Assembly: GCF_009914755.1 (NCBI RefSeq)
Contig: NC_060926.1
Strand: one strand, 5' to 3'
Length of the DNA: 64,000 bases
Origin: the human T2T-CHM13v2.0 reference genome, Homo sapiens
The notes beneath the pieces were generated by a model. That model ran no database searches and was not told the origin of the DNA. It was given only the letters and a program-made list of their open reading frames with translations. Of this stretch, positions 54,349 through 64,000 are shown piece after piece (within the stretch, counting starts at the first letter, position 1; every line of letters begins with the position of its first letter). The position numbers and the translations under genes are program-made.

Positions 54349-54905
54349 TTTATATGCATTATCTCATTTTTTTCCTCCTAACAACCCTACGAAGGGTGCT
54401 ATTATTTTTTTACTTTACACGAGAAGCAACAAAGGCTTAGAAGCTTAAGTAACTTACCTGAGGGCACCCAGATAGTAAACGACAGACCTGGGATATTATT
54501 TTAACTTGGCACTTGGGAAGTGATAAGGAAGTTTAAGATGTTGTCTTTGAGCTCTGGGAAACTTCAGGTTATAAATGGACATCTTTGATCAAGAACAATT
54601 AGAGAACCATAAGATACTGATTGTTTATAGCTGTTGTCTATTCTAATTTTAGTGCCTATGCCAGGCTGTTGTTAAACGTTTTTGACTATTGCACTTGCTT
54701 AAGGCAAAGCATGGTAACTGGTGTCTTCTTTTCTCTGTGACTTTTAAGGTTCTATGGAACCCTGGAATGAAGAGGATGCCAACCTTGAAAAGCTATTCTA
54801 GTTCTTTCAATGTGCCATAATGGTATAGGAGCAAATGTTTCTGCTGAGGTAAATCTTTTTTTTTTTTTTGGGAGGGGGTGGTGGGGCAGGGTGGAGGTAG
54901 GAGGG

Positions 54906-55264
54906 TGCTATGGTCTGAATGTTGGTGTCCTTCCAAAATTCACGTTTTGGAACCTAATACCCAATGTGATAGAATTAAGAGGTGGGGCCTTTTGGGAAGT
55001 GATTATGTCATGAGGGTTCTGTTCTCATAAGTGGGATTAGTGCCCTTATAAAGATGTTGAAGGGAGCTGTCTTCCCCCTTCTGCCACACAAGGACACAGC
55101 AACGAAGCACCAATTTTCACTGAGGTTCCTCACCAAACACTGAATCCGCAAGTGCCTTGATATTGAACTTTCCAGCCTCCAGAACTATAAGAAATAAATT
55201 TCTGTTATTTATGAATTACCCAGTCTCAGCTATTTTATTGTAGCAGCCCCAATGGGCTAAGATG
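54906..55264 (+). mobile_element. MSTD/MLT1A0-type solo LTR
   Basis: TGCTATGGTCTGAATG...CTAAGATG; perfect TSD GAGGG (54901-54905, 55265-55269). Confidence 0.9.
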
Positions 55265-55359
55265 GAGGGATAGTAGAGTCAGTCTTATGCTAATTATGGT
55301 TTGGGTTACTTAGGCCTTATTAGGCTAAAGTCAAACCAGAAATGAACATGGGCACATTC

Positions 55360-55820
55360 CTCACAGCTCGGGTCCTGCTCCTAGTCCTGAGATGAGGGTT
55401 TGTGTGCAGTGATAATGAAGGGTGGGCTCTCAGGGGAGATAACAAAGGGAGTGGGAAGCAGGACAAGGGAGAACAAGCAGGAAGCTAAGCAGGGTGAGAT
55501 TTCAGGTGATGTTTCTAGCCTTAGCCTCATCTGTGAAGTGATCTGCAGCATAAATCACCCCACAGAGTTTGTACCAACTAAGGTGAAGGTGCTGGGCTTT
55601 CATATTCCTTCACTAATCTGGTGTTGGCTATGAGTAACCCCCTGTAAGCTCCCAGGTACTTCTGGGTCTCCAAATGTTGTGACCAAAATAGCACTAGAAA
55701 CCCATGGGCTGTCACCTGCAGGGGCAGCCAACCAAAGCACATGGGAGCTGGGGAGGAGCACACAGAACCTACATGACATCTGAGGGGATCTGGGTGAGGC
55801 ACTGGCAGGTGCTATTATAG
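55360..55820 (-). mobile_element. LTR16-family ERVL LTR
   Basis: CCTGAGATGAGGGTTTGTGTGCAG...GGGGATCTGGGTGAGGCAC. Confidence 0.65.
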
Positions 55821-56283
55821 GAGGAGAGCCCTTGTCCATAGAAGCTTGGGGCCCATCTAATTTATCTCTTGACTAATATCCCCCTCTTTTCGGTGCCTAT
55901 CTGTGCTTCAGTCAAAGGCATTGCTGTACTATTATCTACTTATATCTTCCCTTTTATCCTTTTATACTTTTAGTCTGTTTGCTTGGAATGACTCCCCCAT
56001 CCCCCTCTTCTCTAACTCAAAGACTGTGCATCTTTTCTTTGCCTGTTTGTAGGTCAACTTTGCAAGAATGCCCCCTTTTTTATACCTCCTCAGTCAGAGG
56101 CATCTTCCCATCTGTACTCCTCAGAAATTTGTGCATTCTAGTGGCATCACTATCTACTGCAATGCAGTGACTACATGCTCCCTGCCCTTCCTCTTATCAT
56201 TCACACAGCAATAAGTTTCATAGGAACATAAGAAACTAGAAAGTAGATGGCAATGGATGGTGGAAATCTCTGAGAGAGAGCTG

Positions 56284-56451
56284 AGCACCCTGGATTGCTA
56301 GCCTTTGTAGTACCTTGGTACAAATTAGGCAAAACAACCTCTCTGCATGGATGTTGCTCTGAGCCAGGTGCATGACTAGACAAGGGCACACAACTTGGCT
56401 GGTTGCCTTTGTGCAGTGTACAACCTTTACAACTGTACACTGTGGTGCTAC
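56284..56451. mobile_element. MER91A-like (hAT-Tip100)
   Basis: TTGGTACAAATTAG...TTGTGCAGTGTACAACCTTTACAACTGTACA. Confidence 0.7.
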
Positions 56452-56663
56452 CTGGTACATTCCTCCTTGAGCTGGGTCCAGGGAGGGGATCAGGGATATA
56501 TGCGATTGAATTGTAGAAGAAAGGAACTGTTGCCTGGTTCCCAGACATGGCCAGGAGATTTTTAGATAACACAGTACACAGGAGGAAGGGTGGCATTGAC
56601 TAAGAAAGATGCAACCCAGGCCAGCTCTGTCCTCAGCATTGGTGCAATCACTTCTGATAGCAC

Positions 56664-57200
56664 TGTAGCAGATTTAAAAACTTGCCACAAACTCTTTGAT
56701 GCTTCTCAAATTGAGACATGGACACATTCCTCTCCCCTTGAATCTCAGTGGCTTCAGCGACCCATTTGTAGCCATCAGATTGCAGTGAAAGTGGCAAACA
56801 TGACTTCTGAGGTTAGGTAAGAAGAGGCTGTATATCTTCTGCTTTTGTTTCGTGAAACACTTACTCTCGGGAAGCTTCATTTCAGAACCCAGCTACCATG
56901 CTGTGAGAAATCCAAACCACATAGAGGGGCCATGTGTAGGTGCTTGCTGCAGGCAATGGCCCCAGCTGAGCTCCCAGCCAACAGCCAGCACCAACTGCCA
57001 GCCATGGGAGTACACCATTTTAGATATCCAGCCCAGTTGGGCCTTCTGATGACTGCAGCCCCAGCTACCATCTGACTGCAACTGATGAAAAGTCTTGAGC
57101 TGATCCTTTCCCCAATTCATGATCCACAAGATCATGAGCAAAAGATCTTACTGGTTGTTTTAAGCCACTAAGTTTTGGGGGGTTTGTTATGCAGAATAGG
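56664..57200 (+). mobile_element. MLT1G-type LTR
   Basis: GCCACAAACTCTTTGATGC...CCCAGCTGAGCTCCCAGCCAACAGCCAGCACCAACTGCCAGCCATG...TTTTAAGCCACTAAGTTTTGGGG. Confidence 0.85.
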
Positions 57201-58562
57201 TGCTTAAAGTTGCCTTTTTGCAAACCTTTGCATCAATAAGTTAAAATCTGAGCCTTGATTTAGGATTTTAGGGGGATAGAGAGAATCCGCTTTATGCTGC
57301 TTTGATTGAAGGCTTACTTAGGACTAATTAATTTGGGAAAATGATGCACTCAACATGAGGAGTTTAGCGTGAAAATCTCAGGTCATAATAAAATGTTACT
57401 TTACTTTGCCAATAGTGTTTTGTGTTGAGGTCTGGATAGAGAGAATATACATTTTCAACAAAGCTCCCCAAAGTTTCCTCACTGGTTTCCCCATGTTTTT
57501 GCCTAGACGTTTTCTTGTTTATATTTTTTGTGGCATTTCACAAATACTTGGGGCTGGGAAGGCTCAGATGTAATGGGTTAAATTCAGAGGTCACTTGCTT
57601 GCATTTTCAATAAGAACAGCAGCTCTTTAAATAAGATTTAAAATGCTTTTCAGTTATTTGCAGTTGGTTAAAGCCATCTGAGGAATGTTGCATAGCAATG
57701 CCATGTTAAAGAGAAAAAGTAAGTAAAGAAAAATAATTCCTAGATTCTTTAATAGAGTCTGACGTTATTGTTTTTAAAAATTCTTGGCCAAGATACTGCT
57801 GGGTTGTGCTACATGGAGTTGGTGCCATATTAATTTATCAACCAGAAACCTTCCATGGAATTTGGAGATTTGGAGAAAGACAAAAGAGAATCCCATCTGA
57901 AGCCTTTAGTTGGCTCAAAGTTGCCAAAATATTTGGGGTTTGAAGTTGAGTAATTTCACTTTCTTCCTTCATTTGTTGGAGACTGATAACTAAAAGTGGG
58001 ATTTAAGGATTCAAAGAGATTATTACCCAAACAGAATTTCCATCCAGCTTTTTACAAACAAGCACGCTTCAGGAAATTAATGAAACCTGTTGAATCTTAA
58101 TATTCTGTGGGACCATAGATTTATTTGGAATAGTTCTCACATCGGAGGCATGGTTATTACCATGTTCTAACTGGCTGCTAAATTAGGTAGCTTGTTGATA
58201 GCTGGATGATTTAACAAGTCCTCTGTTGGGGTGTCCAGTGGTCACTGTAGATCCAGTATTTGGGCTTAGAGACATGAGTCTGATTCAGAGCTTGTCTCCA
58301 ATAGATTCATTGAGCCCCATTCTTCAATTTCCAGGTTGCACTGTGGTTTTACACATGTTTCAGAAGACCAGTCCTCCTGCATATTAATCCATGCATGTGG
58401 GAATGAAGCAGGGAAGTAGGATGTAAACACAAAGTTCCTTTTTTTTTTGAGTTCTTTAGCTCCCCAGGGCAGCTGGGGGTACAGGTAACAAGCCGATTTA
58501 ATGAGTTTGTTTTCTAACCCTTTTAATAATCAATTGATGCCTTTTTTTCCTTTAATCTTTCA

Positions 58563-58943
<381 letters not shown>

Positions 58944-59479
58944 TTAGATATCCTTTGTGCAAATTATACTTTACAGCCTTGAGCTTAAAGGATAAAGCAA
59001 AAGAGACGGGCTGACATCAGGTTGGGTTCCACCATAAGAGAGGTAATCAGATGGTGATGAGGGTTACCAGCCTATCCACGTGGAGATGCCACAAGCTGGC
59101 AGAAGCTCTGAAGCTGGGCTTTCCCAGATTCCTGGGCTCTCATCAACATTTCTATGAAATTCTAGCCTTGCAAAAACTTTCTTTAGCAAACTATGTTACC
59201 CGGGATTTATTATTATGACCCTGGGTACCCATGCTATGTGAAGAGTGCCATATTCTTGCATTAGTCATAGGTTATGCTGTAAGTATTAATAGAAGGCACA
59301 TATGCCAGGTAGCATTGTGATTACATAATGATGTTTGGTCTGTTAGCACACCCAATTATTTACTCATGGTGGCACGAAACTGGGAGGACTGTGCCCCATA
59401 GGCCTGGCATTGGCATACCACACAGTCCTATCTCCTCCTACCCAGTTGTCAGCATCTTCTCTGGAGAAGAATCTTTATT

Positions 59480-59790
59480 GTTTTTTCATGAAATTAACAA
59501 CATTCATGAAGAACCTATTATGCCCCAGGCACCATGCTGGGCATAGGTGAAGGATGGGTGAGCAAGATGAATGTAATCTCTTTCCTCAAGGAGTTTAGAG
59601 TTGAGGGGAGAGTAGATACTTACACCCAGAGTGTGGCCCAGCACAGAGGGGTATGAAGGACATGCACAAGTAGCTGTGATCAAGATTCACAGGCCTCTCT
59701 GAGCCAGTGGCATTTAACCTCCAGCCTGAAGGATAAGAAGGTTCTGTCTTTGAGAGAAGGCAGCGTGGGAGGAAGCAGAAGACAATCTCA
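59480..59790 (-). mobile_element. L2 3' fragment
   Basis: CCAGGCACCATGCTGGGCA...CCTCAAGGAGTTTAGAGT. Confidence 0.65.
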
Positions 59791-61084
59791 GTGAGGAGTG
59801 GTTTACGCTTCACAGTGAATGTTCTGAGGGAGGTTTATGACATCTCCTTGGTGGATTGACCACCCGAGTCTTGGCTCTCATAGGGGGACGAAAGGCTGTG
59901 TCTCATCTGAAGAGATTTCCAGGCCCAGTGGAGTTGCAGAAGACTTTTTTTGGTGGCCGAGGGCACTTGCTCTCATCTTTACAGGCAGGTTGAACTTGGG
60001 GTAGTCTCCCAGGAGTTCTTCAAGTATAGCCCAGGTTCCCAAATGCCAGCTTTTTTTCAATGTAGGCTGACTGTGATTCTGTAGGAGAAAAGAGCCAAGA
60101 AGCTTTGGGGCCAACAGGTCTGTGCAGGACACTGAGGCTGGAGGGGCTCCCCCTGGGGCCATTCTGCCATCCCAGAGCTTGGTGGAAGGGGGCGTAGGCC
60201 TCAAGCATGTGGAGAACCCTGAGGAAGCAGGGCTTTCTAACCCCATTGCTGGCTCTGGTCTCACTAAAACCACCTATTCCTTTTCCTTGAGTCCCATATA
60301 TGAAGGTGGGGCAAGCCACCCCACCACCAAGAAAAAGGGGTGTGGCCCATGTGCACACACATGCGTGTATGCACACCCATTAATCCAGCCATGGTGGGAC
60401 AGAGATATTGCCTACAAACTCTCTAAGCTCATTTAAAATTAAGAAAATTCCTCAAAGTCTTATTTATCTATTAGAAGGTCAGTTTCATTCAGAGTTGCTC
60501 TATGTCAAGGTTATTTACATAGAATTTGCTGGAGGATAATGCTTTTTCTTCTCAAGAGCTTTTGACACAACTCGGCATCCATCTTCTTGGAATCTGGTTC
60601 TGGGCTCTGTGCCTCATGTCCTGATTACGGTGGCCTTTCACCCATGGCTCACCCAAATCCCTCATGTCCTGGGTTAAGCAAGTTTTTGCTTGTCAGTCTA
60701 TCAACTGGGGACTCACAGGAGATCTTATTGTAAATAATGTCAGATGAGATTTAGGGAGTCTCACCATCTATAAATCAATGCCTGGAGGCTTTGGGATTAT
60801 TCCTTCTTGTTTTTTTTTTCTCTTGGAATTAGGCAGTTTAGTCCCTGTGGGTATGGTTTAGCAAGGTCTCAAAGTCAGAATTTATTGAAAATAATTGCCA
60901 TCACAAGCCCAGACTTTCTTGAATATCTCTATTAGTATAAAATGTAGTATTTTCCCTCTCCAGTAAATAAACACACCATCCAGTTCTCCTTTCCACCCCA
61001 GTTTGGGAAAGAAGAAAGTGTTACAGCCCTGGATTGGGATCATGTTTGTTTGTCACCGCAAGTTCCTGAGATGCATGGAGTCAT

Positions 61085-61620
61085 GGTTTAACTTCACAGG
61101 ATGTGCTGAGCACCTCCTCTGTGCCATGCCCTGTGCTATGCATTGGGTGTGTAATGCTGTTCAAGATACAGCATCTACCTTGGGGAAACTAAGGTTTGCC
61201 TTCAGTGACACACAGGCAGAGAATTAATCATAGAATGAAATGACAAGGGCTATAAGGGAGATACTTAAATATTAGTTATATATACTCTAGGAATGAAAAG
61301 GTAGAAGAGGAAATCCTTCTACTGGTTGGGGTGGTGGAGATGAGGCCGGTAGGGGAGGGATTTTGGCTTTTAAAGGATATTTGGCAATGTCTGGAGACAT
61401 TTTTGGTTATTTCAACTAGGGGAATCGAATTTGTTACTGGCATCTAGAGGCCAGGGATGCTGCTCAATAACCTGAAATGCGTGCGCAGCCTCCTACAAGA
61501 AAAACTTACATGGTCCCAAATGTCATGAATGTCAAGGTTGAGAAAGAGTGCTATAGGATGATGGTTGAGTTGAACCTTGAAGATGACTGGAGTCTGCTAG
61601 GCAGCAACTTGGGAAGGCCA
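61085..61620 (-). mobile_element. L2 fragment interrupted by MER20
   Basis: TGCTGAGCACCTCCTCTGTGCCATGCCCTGTGCTA...TTGAGTTGAACCTTGAAGATGA. Confidence 0.65.
61355..61550 (+). mobile_element. MER20
   Basis: GGATATTTGGCAATGTCTGGAGACATTTTTGGTT...GGCCAGGGATGCTGCT...AAGGTTGAGAAA. Confidence 0.9.
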
Positions 61621-62324
61621 TTTTGCTCAAACGCTTCATTCCACCACTAGCTTTGTGGACCAGAGAGGAAACAACACCAAGAAGAGATGATGCTCTGGTT
61701 TGGAGGTTCAGCTCACAGTGATGGTGTTCCTGAGTGGTTCAGAGTTGGATTCTGAAGAGGATGGGTGGCCAGTGTGCCAGGAAAGGTATACAAGAAAGAG
61801 CAGAGAAGACATCTCCCATAATAAGTAAATTAATTTGAGCCTGTGGCTTGCAACAGTATATGAAGTGGCCAGATCATTACATATGAACACTGAGAGGTAG
61901 AGACTTAGGTGCCAGTCATTAAACCTGTTCTACCCCAAAATCTGGAATGGAAGGACTAAGCTGTACCATTGACTCTGCAAAAAATATCTTTGGATTACTA
62001 TCAGAAAATGTTCTTAAGTGAAGTGCAACATTATCTAAATGGACCCTCTCAATAACCCTGTGAGTTTGGCTGATAAAGGCAATAGCACATTGAAGTATAA
62101 TAGTACAATGAAGGAAACAAACCCAGGGCAACTGAGGGTGCTGCTCTGTCCAGAAGTGTTACTGATTGGGAGGGTAGAAGGTCAGAGTCCTGGTCTGGCT
62201 GGTGGACCAAGTTGAGCTCTTTGCTGGGATTGTCTCTAGTCCTGGGCCAGTCCTGCCGTTTATCCACTGGACTGTTCCTCTCACCCAAGCTGGCTTTTAT
62301 TTGTTATTTTTCTGTTTTCCCCCA

Positions 62325-62715
62325 CATCTTAGTTTTCTGCTGTTATAACTGAATACATGAGACTGGGTAATTTATAAACAATAGAAGCTTATTTAGCTTA
62401 AGGTTCTGGAGGCTGGGAAGTCCAAGAATGAGGGGCTGCTTCTTGTAAGGGCTTTCTTGCTGCATCATAACCTGGAGGAAGACATCACCTGGTGAACATA
62501 TGAGATCAGGAGAGGAAATCAGGCAAAACTCATCTTTTTTATCAGGACCCCACTCCTGAGATAACTAACCCACTCCCTCAAAAATGGCATTAATCCATTT
62601 GTGAAGGTGGAGCTCTTATGACCTAATCGCCTCTTAAAGGTCCTATTTTTGAATACTGTCACAATGGCCATTACATTTCAACATGAGTTTTGGAGGACAC
62701 ATTCAAACCATAGCA
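62325..62715 (-). mobile_element. MSTC-like solo LTR
   Basis: AGACTGGGTAATTTATAAA...CATTCAAACCATAGCA; perfect TSD CCCCA (62320-62324, 62716-62720). Confidence 0.9.
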
Positions 62716-62719
62716 CCCC

Positions 62720-63315
62720 AACATTCATTAATCGTCACAATAAGAACATTATAAAGTGTAAGGAGAAGCAGATCTCCCACAATACCTCTCCCTAGGACAG
62801 TTGTTTGGTTTTATTTCCTGCTATTATCCACACAGATCCATAGTGACAAAAATAATGTAATTGCCATTGAGTTCTTTTTCACATAATAGGATGTGCTTGT
62901 TCATGTTCTCACATAGACCCCCATGAATCATTTCAGTGAACCCATATCATCCATCAAGGTCATGTGCCATCACTTACCTATCAATTCTCCTTTTGGTCAC
63001 TGTGGAGGTTTTCAGAGTTTCAGTATCACAAATAACATTGTAGTGAGCGTCTTTGTATAAATAGATTTTTTTGCTTCCTTTCAAAGGTTTCTTTAGGATA
63101 CATTTCCAACAGCGGGATTAATGTGTCAAAGGGTATGAATATCTTCATGGATCCATATATATATTGTCAAATTGCTTTCCAGCAGAGTGTAGCAATTTAT
63201 ATACCTGACATGAATAAATGAATGTAGCAGGCTGGCAAAATATTGCCAGCATTGGATGTTATTATTTTATTTTCAAACTTCTTTTGGTGGTTTAATAAGT
63301 ATAAAATGATACCAA
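62720..63315 (-). mobile_element. Ancient L1ME fragment
   Basis: TTTCTTTAGGATACATTTCC...GTCAAAGGGTATGAATAT...TTGTCAAATTGCTTTCCAG. Confidence 0.7.
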
Positions 63316-63544
63316 TTACACATAGGTAACATGCCTAACAATGTGCTTGGCACTAGTTGTTTTTGCTAATGTTTCCCTGCAGCTTATGATACCTGTCCTG
63401 ATCCTTGGACTACACCCTAGACTTTCTGTGTGTCTTACATGGCTCCCAGCCTGACCTTGATTGCCATCAATCTCCAGTGAGCACTTGGCCTTGGCTTGAC
63501 CCAGTTTAATGATGACATTGAGTGTCTAGATTTAGCCCACAAAT

Positions 63545-63850
63545 AAGTAGCATCGTGGGTTAAAGGATGCCCATATTTATCTCGTGGCTCCCCAGTTTAT
63601 AAGCTGTGTCACCTTTGGTAAATTACTTCATTTCTCTAAACCTGGGATTAATTGAGATTGTGTATGTTAAGCAAGTAACACTGTGCCTGATACACAGTAA
63701 GTCATGTTAGTCTTAATAATAGTAATAGTAATAATAATAATCTATTTTAATAACTCACAACCTTTGAGATAGGTGCTGACATTATCCTCATTTTAAAGGT
63801 GGACAACTGAGGCTCCAAGAGGTTAAGCACTTTGCCTAGTATGTGCAGTC
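63545..63850. mobile_element. Two tail-to-tail MIR fragments joined by (TAA/TAG)n
   Basis: + MIR ~63545-63740; - MIR CCTCATTTTAAAGGTGGACAACTGAGGCTCCAAGAGGTTAAG ~63750-63850. Confidence 0.75.
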
Positions 63851-64000
63851 TAATGCAGTGTGACTTCTGCCCTCTGCCCCCAGTTTTGCTGCATGGGTGA
63901 GTGGTCCCAGTGAGTAGCAGGTGTATTCATGAAAACCATTTCTGTACCAGGACAGCCAGCGCTAACTTACCTATACACGAAAGTGACTACAGATTGCATA

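Overview
Hominid (human or great-ape) non-coding genomic DNA, identified by about 12 Alus and a near full-length SVA. I found no protein-coding gene, RNA gene or CRISPR array that I can support, and I cannot name the locus. The supplied ORFs are mostly Alu, SVA, L2, LTR or simple-repeat read-throughs. Much of the window is fossil mobile elements: about 20 MaLR solo LTRs (THE1/MST/MLT1), ERV LTRs (MER74A, MER57A, MLT2, LTR1, LTR16), L1/L2/MIR fragments and DNA-transposon relics (MER2, MER20, MER53, MER58, MER91, MADE2, MARNA). Many are nested and many still show target-site duplications (TSDs). The most unusual observation is an ~82%-identical inverted copy of ~140 bp of neighbouring unique DNA (27223-27363) inserted inside an MLT2 LTR (28253-28403), apparently an old locally templated insertion. 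Other notable items: an SVA in an L1MA poly(A) tail, a tail-less Alu with a TSD, THE1 LTRs with DUX4 motifs, a compact H-DNA/Z-DNA/G4 cluster, several candidate enhancers and weak candidate + strand exons. Subfamily names come from my recall of consensus sequences and need RepeatMasker/Dfam confirmation. I see no evidence for a new multi-gene system.
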